Assembly: GCA_040954595.2 (NCBI GenBank)
Contig: CM082587.2
Span: forward strand, 7,925,705-7,989,704
Length of the DNA: 64,000 bases
Reading direction: 5' to 3'
Source: Balanoglossus misakiensis
Taxonomy: Eukaryota; Animalia; Hemichordata
Shown: positions 26,601 through 41,600 of the stretch, piece by piece
How positions within the stretch are numbered: position 1 is the stretch's first letter
Layout of the letters: each line of letters begins with the position of its first letter
Position numbers and translations under genes: made by a program
Notes under the pieces: model-generated
The model's input: only the letters and a program-made list of their open reading frames with translations
Database searches by the model: none
Told to the model about the DNA's origin: nothing

Positions 26601-29600
26601 AGAATTTTTTACACCAAACCCTTTATTACAAGACTAAAATCTCTTTCTATGAATTTTATTCCTGTCTCATCAAAATTTGTAGTATTGTGAGTTTGTTTTG
26701 TGGACAGATTTAGAAATGTTAACATAATAATCAACACGTATACACAAAATGTGTAGGGAATTTGTAAGCCACCTTTCCTTGCATTTTAAATTAAAGAGAA
26801 GCGTAGTCGCGCCGCATTTGTTTGTTTATAAACATAACTATTCATCCACAAATCCCTCAAATAAGATAATTCTTAGAATGAACGAAGCAGCCAATCATAG
26901 CAAAGACTGGGCATGACAGCAACTGAAGATTCTTCTAGGTTGTGGCGACTGCAGTGGGGTTTGCGCTGGAATGGGAGGACACATTCTCATCAAGGGGGAC
27001 ACCCACGCGGCGCGACGACCGCTTCCCTTTAAAGCGCACCAAACAAATGTGAAATTATGTTACCAACTAGCTTTGTAACTTAAGACGTGAATAATATATA
27101 AATGTGAATACATACGGCGGTATTGTCCACCATTCAGTGGTAATGCCTGAAGTTGACTTTCTGGGAACAGCATTTGGTGTGCTTGATTCAGCAGACGTGT
27201 CTGTTGGCCCTGGAGTCTGGACATTCACTGTTGAATGAAATAAGACAGGCAACATTTCACAAACCAAATTCTACTAAATATATACCGGTAGATACTATAA
27301 AAGTTTAATAATCACAAAATGGTTAGTATGTTTCACCAAACACAAATAAATGTTGCATAAATTAAGGTTATTCACAAAATACCAGGATTTATGTCCGAGT
27401 ACATTGTACACCGCAGGTAATTCAAGATCTAATCACATGACAAAGAAGGCAAAAATTGCAGGTTTGTAAACACGGATTTCTCTTGAACAACAATGAACTC
27501 CACATATGTATTGTTGATAGCAGCCTGATATTAAGTTGCAACTAATTTATTTACTTATTAATCTATTGATTTCTAAAATAATTAAAACTTATTTTTGACC
27601 ATTTTGTCATAAATAAGTGTTGTCTTGATATACTATTAGGCAATACCATTAATATACAGGATTAAAAGCATATCCAAGTTTTTTGAAAGTGTAACAACTT
27701 GCAGCTCATGGGGCTTTAATGCCAGCTGATACCCCTCGGTAAACACATCACATGAGATACTTTTTGTCTGAATGTAAAATCGTGAAAAAAAAGTGAATAA
27801 ATGTTGGTCAATGTCAATCTCATAGTCACCACTGGATCAATAGATTAAAAAAATATTGATGGACATCATGGTGGATTGAAATAAACCAAAGCATGTCTGC
27901 AAAATGGCTCTGACAGTGTTCCTAACAATGTACAATATGTATTAGCCTGAAGTACGATGCGCGTATGTACATCTAGAATGTACATCCAGTACACTGTGAA
28001 ATGAGTTTCAATCAGTAAAACATTTCTAAGAAATAGCTCTAGTCTATAGGCACATAAAATCACAACAAAAATGGCTGCCAGGTAGACATACGTGTATCAC
28101 GACAAATCTGAGTAATAGCTCAGCCAAGAAGAAAAATGAAAAGAAAATGACTGCCTGTTGGCCAGTTGACTTGTATGCTAGTACCGGTATGAAAGTCATA
28201 GTACTTTGCCTTGAACCAAGAACCATGCAAGTTTAAATAATTTAACATTTTCAGGAGTGTAAAAAAAGCTCAAAAAATTTAAGTACCGGTAAAGCTAATA
28301 CAAATAATCAATTTGGGGATAGGAAGTTTTGTCCTTAGTCTGTGAGCACCAGTGGGGTTGCTGAAATATCAAAGTGCACGTAATTTGACAGATATCCAGT
28401 TTCTTACTGGTAACATGATACAGTTTTCATTTACGCATAAAGTATAACAGTGTTCTCCCCACTTGTTCATACAGAAACTGTCTTAGGGGGAGTGGCAAAC
28501 TACTAAAATGTCCTACATACATTTGCTTACAAAATATAACCTCCATTTTTTTATGCATTGCAGAGAAGAGATTTCAGGATATTTATGCCGTTTCTTATTT
28601 TTTGGTTTCAGTTTAAAGTGTCTTCACTTGAAATTTGACGGTATGTGAACTAAGATACAAATAATACACGCAGTCAATGACGAAATGATTACAATCACCA
28701 ACAGTAAGAATGCGGATCTGATCCACCTCTTATTAAAACCCAACATTCTGGCCTCGTTGAAAAAAAAAAATCAAGAAATTCCTCTCATATGTCAAGCTCA
28801 CTTTTACCTTTGTCTTCTGCCAGTACTCACACGTGACCACAGATTTCGGAGTCTAAAAACCGAACCACATGGGTAGACAGATATACGACAATTTCATAAC
28901 AAGAAATGACTAGTGACCTTTGAACCCTTGGTGGGAGTAACCCGCTGATCTGGACTTTGAAACCTGCGTCGGTTGAACTTGTGTCTTATCAGAGTAAAAC
29001 GCAATGAGGTTGACTTTTTCTAGGCCTTGACTGTTTGTAGGCTGATTTTTTTTAATCTTTGACGTGTTCACTATAATAAAAGTAGTGCACTCCGAGGGGT
29101 AAAATAATGCCTGGTATTAGTGTCTCACTCAATCATCTGCATAAATGGGAATTTTGTTTATTTCAGTGTCCGATGCCACTTTTTAATATGTTCTCTTACT
29201 GGGGAGCCAGACATACACCCATTACAACACGCTACCCTTGCTTGGTATTAGACTATTACAGTAACTGTAGCTTTCTAAAAAGATTTTATACAGAGAATAG
29301 GAAATGGAGATATTTCCTGCTGCATGTTTTTTGTGAACTGAGCAACAGAATGGATCAGACAATTAACAAGTTGGCCACCGTGACTTAGTTCTGATAAACA
29401 CGTACGATACTCTACTCAAGTTGCAGCTTATATTAATCGATCAGGGGAAAAGGACAAAGCCTTAGATTTGCATTGAAAAGACAAACGCTATTGAACTCTA
29501 ACTTCTAATCAAACTGATGACAATGAGAGTGAATTAAAGTAGTTGTTTAGTTGACTAGATAAAGAGAATAAAGCAAATTACTCTGTGTGAGTTAGAAACA

Positions 29601-32600
29601 CAGCATCACAAACACAATTAATGTCACAGTTGCTTGACGGTGTCCAACACACAACTATATATTTTAAAAGACTATTGGGAAGGCAGCAGCTAGATTCTTT
29701 GTTAACAAGACGTACAAATCTGTGTTTTCTTCACTTTTATCCAACAGCAAATCAACATCTTAAAATAAGTTTGCTAAACGGTAAACACACGATACACACT
29801 AAATAGTCAATGAGAAAAGCACCAGTATTCATTATTTCTGTCTTCAATGTCACCTTGATAAGAAATCAGGATTGCATTTTTAAATCACAATTTAAATGCT
29901 GGGTTTTGATGCTTTGAGATATTGACTGTATTGATATTGACTAGTGGAAGTTTCAACACGGTTTAGAAAGGAGAACAAGAAAGAGCACTTGATGCACAGA
30001 CATATCACAAAGATTAGAGCTATATTTACTGTGACTTGTTTGTTAGATGAGGAAATTATTTCTAACAGTAAAAATAAAAGAGTAAAAGTGCCATAGCAGT
30101 GCACTGCATACGCAACAGCGCCCTCAACGCTGGAGAGAAATAAAAGTGAGCACTTGAATCTTACTGTGGGTAGTGTCCATTACTGGAGTAGAGATTTCAC
30201 CAAGGATAGAGGGTGTAACTGTCAATGTGAAAATAAAACAGATTACATGCAAAGAATTCACCCCATGCAATTACATAGAACCTCCTTCAGTTATAATTAG
30301 GAATCAAAATTTCCATTATTAAAGTTAAAATGTAACGGGGATGTTAAAAGGGACAAAAGTCAAAATGTTTGATAATTTATTTTTTGGTCCTATAGAGTAT
30401 AGATTTAGTATGGAAGTTTATAGAACTTCTATGGATGTCTGTAGATTTCTAAAAGTCATGTACCCTATTTTTATGGAAATGACATGGAATGCTATACAAT
30501 TCTATAGAATATTTGTTAATTAGGGTAACTTACCAGAGCCAGTAGATTTTGTGAGAGCGACAGGGTGATAACCTACACCTGTCTTGGTCCTTGCTGTGAC
30601 AGATACTGCATACATGGTATTAGTCACCAGGTCTGTCAAGTTGTACTCAGATATCGATGTCATCAAATAACCATGTGTTGAGTTGAGGAAACCAACTGGA
30701 AGGTTATCAACACTGGAGGGGTCTGTTTCTCCTGTTGAAAAAAGCAAAATTGATTTTTGTAACCATTTTATAAACATACTGCATTATATCTTATACTGCA
30801 TTATATCTTCACCAATAAACAAATTAAAACAAGTAAAAAGTATCATTTACTACACACATTTTGTACTTGCTAAACATTTTAATAGTAGAAACAGGAACAC
30901 AGTGATCACTTTTGCAATAGAAACAGATTTTTGGATGATGAAATATTGGATACCTAGAATGAATACATGTACTTCTTTCACGTTACTGAACAAAAATCAA
31001 CTATATTATTATACTTTCAACATCTCTGACAGATTGCTTCACTCTGACAATAATTCTTTATTCAGAAAAGTCATCAACAACAAGTCAAAATTTAGACAGA
31101 AATATCAGAACACCATCACATGGGCCTCTCCACAGCAAATGCTAGTCATGTATTAATTACCAAAGAGAAGCAATGGTGGAGTTTGACAGACATTGGTGGA
31201 CATATCAGCAAAAAGTATAATGGAACCAATCAGAAAGGGTGTCTCATGATGCCAAAAAAGTAAACATATGTTGTATTGAGGTACATACCGGTACAGGAGC
31301 AGAGATTGGCGAATTCACAATGATGTGTTTTCTATCTATGAATATTTAAATGTCAAATTCATCATTCCGCAGTTTCCAAGTGAAATCTGACAGGGCTTCT
31401 TTTTTTCTGCAGCAAATCTCTCTGGCAAAACAGCAGTCAAATTAAATAATAATCTATCTGCAAGACCCTTTTCTTACCTTCGGTGAGGCTTGTAACATAG
31501 TATTTGACGGCATATCCAGTAACTATCCCATTCCTTGCCTCTTCGGATGGTTGTTGCCACGTTACGTACAAATAATCATCGCCCGCAGTGATCTCAAGAT
31601 TTTCAATTCTACCTGGCACTGAAAAATGAATACCGGCATATCACTCTCACTTTCAGATGACGGATTCGAAACAAATTACCCTTCGTGCGGTATTTCTTTC
31701 TGTGATTTCACGGAATACTTCAAAGACACTATGACCTACTGTTTTAAAATATCCTGCAGTTTGGAAACTAAGACAACTCTCTACTTCTTAAATTACACTT
31801 GACTACACAAAATCTGACACAGACTTTAATTATCTTAAATGTTACCGGAGATAAGCATGAGTTGCGTTTCAAAATTCACCACTGAGATAGGATGTTAAAA
31901 TAAAAACTGCCTATAGGGTTTTCCCAAATTCATTTTACATTTTACACATTTTGTTGTAGACATATGTTACAAATTTATGCCCAACAAGGTGATTACCCAG
32001 GCAAATCTGTGCATATCTGTATGTAATACAACATGCCGAGTCTCATTCCTCAGGGTACATATGCTACGTACAAAAAAGACCCAGAATTAAACCCTCTCTC
32101 AATGGTCCATACAACTAAATGGGATTTAATCATGAAGCAAAATGTTCAAAATTAGATGTTGAGGCGCCCTCAAGTGGCATTATTGTGTATAGTGATTCAG
32201 TTTGACTTGTTCTCCATTAAAATTAGAATCCCATACAATAAATTTAGACATACTGTAAAACACTTTATTTTTGTGAGTTGAAATTTTCCCGATATCGAGA
32301 AAGGCCACTGTTTCGCGAGTATTAATTTTCGCGTTCTCTTATTTCATTCACAGCATCATTGTCCTTCAAAAAAATTTACGCAACTTTTATTTTCACGCTA
32401 TTTTGGCTCTCGTGTATTTCGCGAAAAATTTATTGCTCGCGAAAATAAAGTGTTTTACAGTATATGCACATTATGAAAAATCGTGACCTATGTCAAGCAT
32501 GACAACTATGATTTGTCCACTGGCTACTTACATCCTTCATCAGTTTGAGCAGAAACACTCTCACTGAACGGACCGCCCGATTTCTGTCCATCCAGGGTGA

Positions 32601-35600
32601 TATAGGCCAATATTCTCAAGGTATACTCAGTGTAGGCATTCAGTCCAGTCAATATGAATTCGAACACACCACCACCTGGTATGGTTATGCTCTTCGCTGT
32701 CGACGATTGGTCTGACGGCCAGTACTGCAGGAAGTAGCCGTCGATGACGCCATTCTGATCACCTGGTGCAACTTCCTGTGAAGGATAAACACATATTTAT
32801 AGTTAACTTACATTTTTTCTGGAAATCCAGACTTTCAGTTGAGAATGGATTTTGTAATCCTGTCTGAAATACGTTTATTCAAATGACATTTCAATCTTAT
32901 AAGAAACCAAAAATATCAAGACTGCACAATAATTCTCAATGAAGGAACTTGCTAATTAAATATTTACATGAGATTTTTGGCTCTCCTGTAAATATATGGA
33001 AATAATGTATGCAGATAGTACCTGCACAACCATTTTGCAATGAAGTGTCAAAGTGCATTATTTGGCTGTAGAATGTTTGCATCAGTTATTCTGCACTGAT
33101 TCCCAACACTTGTACTTGCCTCCCATGTAATGTTCAGCTTCTCAGCTTCACCAGTAATTGGAACTGCCATGAGGTTCTCTGGAGCTGCAGAGGGCGCTGT
33201 ACACATCAAACAAATCTCTGTTAACATTCTCAAAATGCCAAAGTACATACCCATAATACAAGTTCAAATTAAAATTATAATTGGTTTACTATTACCGGGA
33301 AGTAAAATTACCTGAAAGCTTATACTATACATTAAATAAATACTTTTCAAGACTGATAATGATATGTAAATTGAACAATCATCTATTCCATATTATTATT
33401 AATCACTATACCGGTGATGTACATGTGCATAAAACTGGATGTGTACACAGCTGGTTTTATAGAAAATGTCCCTTTGTGAGAAAATCTTCTTTATGTAGAT
33501 ACTAGTATTTATTTCAGCTTTTCATTGATTTCTCATCTGCCACCTTGAAGGTTAAAGGTATACAGTCACCTCCAATTTACATACACCCATATATGGCTGA
33601 AATGGTGTATTTGAGTGTTCTAAAGAACATATGGTGGCGCTGTTTTTTTTTCACGTGTGCCACCCACTGATAATCTGTGATTGCCCAGATCTCAGTTTGC
33701 CATGGTAACTGTAGCTAAATTTGCATAGGTGACCGTAGACCTTTAAGCTCAGCTAGTGGACCAGATCATGGCTTTTGGACGTGCATGTCATTGTCTCTGA
33801 TCTCCATGGGGGTAAACATACATGTACATTACACAAAACGCCAAACTCACCTGCAGCCATCGTTCTGGTCTGCACACTCTCACTGTACATCCCAGCACCC
33901 TGAGTGTTGTGGGCTCGGACTCGGACTGAGTACCATCGCCACGGTTTCAGGGATGACACAGCGGCCTGAGGGGTGTGGCCTGGTACCTCGACCACGGCTA
34001 TTACTTCATCTGTTGAAGTCTCCACACATTGGATGTCATATTTGGTGATGACACCGCTGTCACCAATCTCTACAGGCTGCAAAGATGGGTATAGAGATGG
34101 TGAAAAAGTAATACTGGTATGGTGGTAGACTATGCAATTTATGCCATCTTTCAAATCACAATATATACCAGGGTATGTACAGTATTAATCAAATGTAATG
34201 ATTTGATAAATTAACTGGACATTCCATTCAAAGTTTACTGAACTGTAAAACATGCAATTTAACATGTTGTGAGTTTAAGTGAACTACTTGGTTAAGCAGT
34301 TTGGCATTCATGATTTAACCCTTTCACCACCATGGTTCAGTCCAAACCCAATGTTTTCTGAGGTAAGGTTGGACCTCTAAAGAGGGAACTGGGGGTGAAA
34401 GCATTAAAAGCTACAATTGCAGTTTCTCTTATCGGTCTCCATATATGTCGACGATTGTGCTTTAGCAAGGAGTACATGTTGTTAATGGAAAACACAGGAG
34501 AGATCAAGCTCACTGTTATATCATGTTAATTGCCATCAGACAGAGGATATGTATTAAAATTGAACAGAGCTGCAGACATTCAGTATATATTTGCAGTTTA
34601 ACAAAAACATGATCCAGTCTGTACGTTTTTAGAACTGATCAGAAACAACTACTGCATTAATTTTTGGGCATCTCAAGGAAGAATTTGATGACAATAGTAG
34701 ATTTTGAATACAATGCTATTATAATCCATTCCACAGACATATCAATACATACCAGTGTCTTGTAATAATTAGGCATATTTTTCACATAATAGAACAAAAA
34801 TCCAACTTGACTTCAAATCACTTCAAATCAGTAACCTACAGCCTCAACCAACCCCATTTTTTCAAATACCGGTACAGTGGTTTCACCATACTTAAAATAT
34901 CCTAATTTTGTCCTGAAAAGAATGTATATATAATATGCTTGACTTGTAGGACAGTGGCTGTTAACTTGTTAATAAGCAGCAAGTGAAAATACAAGATTTA
35001 GCATTATTATGTTAGTTGCTTGCATACCTGCCATGATACGTAGATACTTGTGCTGGACTGTGATCTTGCAAAGACGCCAAAGGGGGCATTGCTGGGTGCT
35101 GATCAGTAGAGTTGGAGGAAAGGTATAAGCACAAAAAAATTGGGCAAGAATAATTAGAATGGGTTATCAGCTGCAGCTACTATAGAGAGCTGAACTGGTA
35201 GTGGATTAAAATAATCACAGTATCGATCGGTCTGCAGTGCACAGGAATCCATATTGTGATCAAAACCAGAAGTGTGGCTGACAAACGTAGCTTATTCTAT
35301 AAATGCCTTCACATGCTCTTGTGTATACACTTTCATAATCATACAATTGCACTCTTTTTAAATTAAATTTGTTGAAAGTTTTGTTGAAATGTCAGTAAGT
35401 CATTATTTTTTTCCTTTTAAATTAAATTTGATAAAAAAGTTGAAAGTTTTGTCGAAATGTCAGTAATTCATTATTTTTTTCCTGTATAAGGCAAGTTTTA
35501 TAAAATTTCAACAGGATTTGAAAAAAAAGTTAAGACAAAGTAGGCCATAAAGCCCCATGAGCTACAACTTGATAAAAAAAAACCTTTAAATAATCTTGGA

Positions 35601-38600
35601 TATGGAGATAACGGATGCAGTAAATGAAATAAGAGAACGTGAACATTAATCCTCGCGTAACAGTTGCCTCTTTTGATATCACAAAAATTTCCTGTCGCGA
35701 AAATAACCTGTTTTACAGTAGTTGCAGCTCATGGAGCTTTAATTATCTTCAACGTACGGCACATACCTCCATGTAGTGTCTGTGTTTGCACATACTCAGT
35801 GTAATTACCCCACTCAGTGACACCTTCAATGACAATGGAAGCCCTCACACGGAATTCATATGTAGTCAAAGGCAGCAGATCTGAGATCACAGCAGTAGAC
35901 ACAAATAGACCACTGGATTCCAACTCCAAGATGGTACCTGATGAAACAAAACATTTGAGGATGATTAATTTATCAGCGTACTATGTACTGTGTCAATGAT
36001 GCACTTTGTTCTGTATTAAAGCCCTTTCACCACTATGGTTCAGTCCATACCCATTGTTTACTATGGTAAGGTTGGAAATCTAAAGAACGACCTGGGGGTG
36101 AAAGAGTTAAAAGATGGGTGTCATCCCGTCTGCAACACTTGTTGCAGTGTCAATGATCGATGCACTAATTCAATTTTTTTCTTGTTTATTCTTAAATATT
36201 TATTTCACCATTTTACACACAAAAACAACGAAAAATAATTTAAAAGTACAAAAATACAGTATAAATAGTTACTCACAGATAAAAAAATACGACAAAAAAA
36301 TTAAATCAAGAAGTTTAAAACCTACCTGTCTTTCCTACTTGCATGTATTCTATTTGATAACTTGCAATCTCACCATCTCTGTCTTCAGGTATTTCCCACT
36401 GCAGCTGAACTGATGTGGAGTTGACGCTAATGATTTGCATATTACGGGGAACAGATGGACCTGTGCGATTGTGAGACGAATGGAAACTTGAACAAGAACT
36501 ATGATGTTAAAACATGACAGTAAAAATATTACATATAATACTGCATTTTCTTTTGTTTTACTATGCAATCACAGTCCTTAGATACACAGTTTTCAAACTA
36601 TGTGTGTACACTGAAACCTGTCTATAAAGGACACCTCTTGGCGCAGAAAATCTGTCCTTAATAGAGAGGTATCCTTAATAGACAGGTAATATTATATTCA
36701 ACTGTGACTTTTGTCTTGAAAAATCTGTCCCTAATAGAGAGGTGTCCTGATTAGAGAGGTGTCTAAACCAGACCCTGTCTAATCTGGAAACCTGTCTTTA
36801 CCGAACACATTTTCCAGTCCCCTCGACATAGAACCACGTGTTAAAAGAACCTCTATAAACCGGACACCTCTGCAAACCGAACAGTTTCTTCAGTCCCTTT
36901 GGTGTTCGGTTTAGACAGGTTTCAATGTACATGTATACCGTATTTAGATACAAACCTTTTCTGTCTGTCAATGTGGTTGCAGACAATGCATTACTCGGTT
37001 CACCAAGACCATACTGGTTTGTGGCCAGCACTCTGAACAAATACTGGGTATTGGATTGTAGACCGGACACTTGGTACGTCTGTGTTCCTCCTTGATATCC
37101 CACTGTGTCACTGTATGTCTGCCATTCGGTGGCAAATCTGTGTCGTGGAAAACATGCTGGATTATCAAAGTGCACACAGAATGGTGTCCAGTTTGCATAC
37201 ACAAATATACATGTACATCCCTTGATCAGCCCCGGTTCCACAATCAGAAATGGTTGATGTCATGGTTAACGTTAAGATTTTACTGTGGCATGTGTAGTAA
37301 AAGAAATCGGTACATGAATCTGTCCTACTCCTAGCCATAATTTTTTTACACAGTCTGTTCTCCAATTCAGAAAATATTTGTACCGATTCTTCAGCTTTCC
37401 GTTTTTTTTTTAGGATTCAGCTGATACTCCAATAAGTCAATAGACCATGGATTACAGATTAGTAAAATACCATGAGGGATGCAGACTAGAAAATCTTCTA
37501 TCACTGACAACATTTCATTTGAAGAGTAAAGATCATAGCACGATGAGTCTTACCTAAGTTTGAACTGAATGACATAATACAGGATGGTTTGCATGCTGCT
37601 GCTAGGAATCCATGAAATGATGACTTGACTACTGGATGTTGCTTCTACACTGATGACAATTGGGGCAGCTTCTAAAACTGTGACAGGAGGTGGGAAACAA
37701 TGAGAAATTACCCACCAGTTGATGTGGAATGAAAACAAGTTTAAAGTTCTATTTTGAGTTTCTCTTGATAATTATTACACGTACAGCTGCGTTTAACACT
37801 GATTACAACACATGTGAGTTTTACCACTGCAATCCACTGATTCACTCTGTACATTGTTACAAAACATCATTTTCAAGTTAATGAACTTTGATAAATTATT
37901 TTAAACATAAAAAGCACATAACTGACATCTATGGTACAAGACACTACACAATTATAAAAACATTTTATATCAACACATTCCATAGACTCCCAGTAGATTA
38001 ACATATTATTAGAAAGAAAATTAGGTAATGCCAGTCCTTTCAAAGTAAATGTTTCCAAATTGATCAGGATACTGAACTTTGGCTGGAAAAGAAAGTTATT
38101 CAGTTCTGACAACAGAACTTACCATACACCCATTTACCTAATTTTCTTATAACGACTACATGTACTTGTTGCTATGGTGACTGCCAGCACACAGAGCTTA
38201 CGTTAGATAACATTAATTTATCAACAGAATTGAAAATTATTTGTTAACATTATTACCTGGTTCAACTGTTGTCAATTTCTGAGTAGAAACAGACAACAAT
38301 GTAGATATTTCTTTTAGTGAAGTTGTGTGGCCGGGAGAGTCTGGTGTGACTGTAGTGTTGTGTGTACCCGTCACCGTAGTAGTTTGTGATGTCATTGCTG
38401 ACTGTGATGATGTCATCATCGCTGTGGAGGGGTGGTCTGTCACCCTGGGTGATGAGGTGCTCTGATTGACAGGAGGAGGGGCTGTGGCAGTTGGAGGAAT
38501 GGGCGTGGAAACACTGGGAGCTGTCACCCCAGTGGATGGTGGGATTTCTGTCATGGAAGTGGTCATGCCTGATTCTACACATGCAAGAGATATGAAAAAA

Positions 38601-41600
38601 TGCCAAACTAATAATTAAGAAACCAACACCAAAATAATATTGGAGATGATTATTGAGAAAACAAAATTGGAACAAACACCGGGACACCTCTTTGGAAAAT
38701 GTTCACCGCATAACAGTCCATCTCCAATTTGAAAGATCACCAATATTTAATTTCATCAAATGTAAGAGTGCACATTTATATAGCACTGAACACCAATGAA
38801 GCGTTTTAATAAATGCTGTAGTTAAAAAAAATGTCAATCTATGTAAGCGACCACAAATCTCTATTTTTTTTTGGTTCGCAAAACTGTAGAGATGCTAAAC
38901 ATGTATGTCTGAATTTCATTTTATCTCACCTGCAACTGTAACTTGGAATGAGATTCTAACACTGCCGGCTGGGTTATGAGCTAAACAGTAATAAATACCT
39001 GAAGATAAGAAAAGAAATCAAAATTATCATAGTATCCCAATCAGGTAACATGCAGCTAATAGTAATACATGTACAAATATTTCATAGCCAAAAATTGCTC
39101 TAAAAACCCATAGTCTAATAGGATAAACTGGTGCTAAAAATAGTAATTGTTTAAATCCACATTTGGCCATAGGTGGCGCTCCACACACTTTAATAGTACC
39201 CAGTGTGGTGTACATGTAACCGGTACAATATACAATGTGAAAGCTGACTGGAGCATACTTGTTAAAACAGATATGCAAGGTTCATATGCTGAAAATCCCT
39301 CAAATATCAGGACTTGCCAAAGATTATTTTTACAAACCATTTGATGCCTAAATTACCAATAACAAGTTATTGCCACTTAAATTCTTTTCAAGATAGCCTG
39401 GCTATATGGGTAGCCCAAACTATTTTCTGGGACTTTTGAAGGGTCAATTAATTTGTTTTCCGGGACTTTCAAAGGCCTTCAGGAATGGTTAAACGGTCAA
39501 GGAATTTCTACAATTTTCAAACAAAGCATAAATCCTGCAAAAATACGACACAACAGTAGAGGTATGTCAATGGTATCTTACCTTCATCAGAACTCACTAC
39601 AGGGTTTATTTGAAGGATGTTCTCTGCTGGGAATGTAATTCTTGTATTGGCAGTCAGTTGGTAGTCTCCTTTAAGCCACTGTATACTAGGTGTCGGTTTA
39701 CCATCAGCCAAACATACCACGGTTATCCCACTTCCCTCATCAACAGTCATATCAGATATAGGCTCAGCTGATGGAGAAACTGGAAGAAAAATGGAAAAGT
39801 GTAACTATTTTCCAGTTTTATTTTCTGTTTTATCTGGGCAAGATATACCGGTATATGTTTCCTCTTTTCTGCAAATGATTCTACAAGCTTCTTCTTAATT
39901 ATTGTTCTTTCCAGACTATTGTATAATCCAGATATACTGTAAAGCATGTGTAAATTTGCTAATATAAGATGGTGCTGATTCAAACTTTCTTCTATATTTA
40001 CCATGGTTAAGATGCCGTCAAAGCTAAATTAAACACCTGCTAATTGTACTCAAATCCAATTTAACCAAAAGAAGCTTGCCGCTAAATCAAAGTGTTTTAC
40101 ACTTAAGCAACTCTACCTCTAACAAACAGTTCTGCTGAAGCTTCATCCATTCCATGCAGATTGGCCACTCGACAGGTGTACATCCCAGAGTTCGTATCCA
40201 TGGCAACAGCAATCCTCAAGGTGCGTCCATCATCCGAAACTTCAGCCTGTGAGGGCAGCAGACCACCATTATACTGCCAGCTATAGGTGGGTTCTGGAAA
40301 GGCAGCGGCTTGACAAGTCATGATTACAGTGGATCCTTCATTAACTGTCTGATTCAGTGGACCTTGTACTATCAATGGTAGATCTGGAAAAAAGAAGTTT
40401 GGTCAATTTATTGGGAATGTGTAAATATTTGCTACTGGGTATGTTGCATTCTATATTTGTGTTCATTTGTTCATCATATCACTCAACATGTTCACATTAT
40501 GTAAATATATCAAGCCAAGATTTTCTTAAGGACTAATCTCAAAAAAAAATATTTTTGGTAGAAATAATGTTTTTGCTTAATGTTAGCCCTACCCCAACCG
40601 TCCATAACAATGTTTTTTTATGTACCCAGATCATGAAATATTAAAACCTCAGATGATGGATGGCCTTCAAGAAAATCTTGTACCGGTATGTGTATAGCCA
40701 CAGCATCATTCTGCTTTCATTCACTGCTATTTGAAATTCTCATCTACCATGGAGAAAATCCTACCTTCCACTTTCAAGACACCAGTAGCTTCATCAACCC
40801 CAGCCTCATTCTCCGCTTTACATCGATATACACCCGCATCGTCCATGGCAACATCTACGATCTGTAATCCCTGAGATGTGATGATAAAATGGCCGGTCCC
40901 ATCCGTCAGCTGATTGCCATCTTTGTACCATGTTATGATTGGTGTGGGATCTCCGATGACTTCACAGTTGACGAGAACAGTGGAAGTGACACGGGCTGCG
41001 AGGTCATCAGGGGGCTCTCGGACGATTTCAGGAGGCACTGCAATGAAACCAAGTTAACGTTGAAATAAATCTTAGGAAAAAGGACAAGAAATACAGACAC
41101 TCTGAAGTATTCCTAGAAATTATTTAAATCACATCTTGTATCATCTTAAAAGATACATTTCCAGCTAAAAACTAAATGGTTTACTTGTCTTTTCAGAAGA
41201 AGATGACACATAAAATCATAAGTTATGATAATAAATCAACACACCGGTACATGTATTTGTTCCTGTATGTTTAGTACAAGGTTATCAACCAAACAACTTT
41301 TAGCTTTCAGTGTGGTTTGGCAAAGGATCAGACAGTTAATCCAAAGAAGAAATTGCTATTGTCATTTCGTATTCACTTCACTTGGGAGATTCATAGCAAT
41401 CATTTTCACTTCCACCATTTTTGTCATGAGTATATACAGATGCTAGAAATCTGACTCTATATATATATGCTTCCATAAAAATGAATCTCTTCCATAGCCA
41501 CATAAACCAAATGGTGGCCATGATTTGAACTTACCAATGACATCTAAGAAAGCAGAGGCCCTGTCAATATTGCCGTAGTTCCTAGCCTCACAGATATAAG

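Noticed and set aside
30683-31156. 157-aa plus-strand ORF
   Set aside because: It is an AT-rich intronic/antisense ORF with no motifs and overlaps a receptor exon on the other strand.
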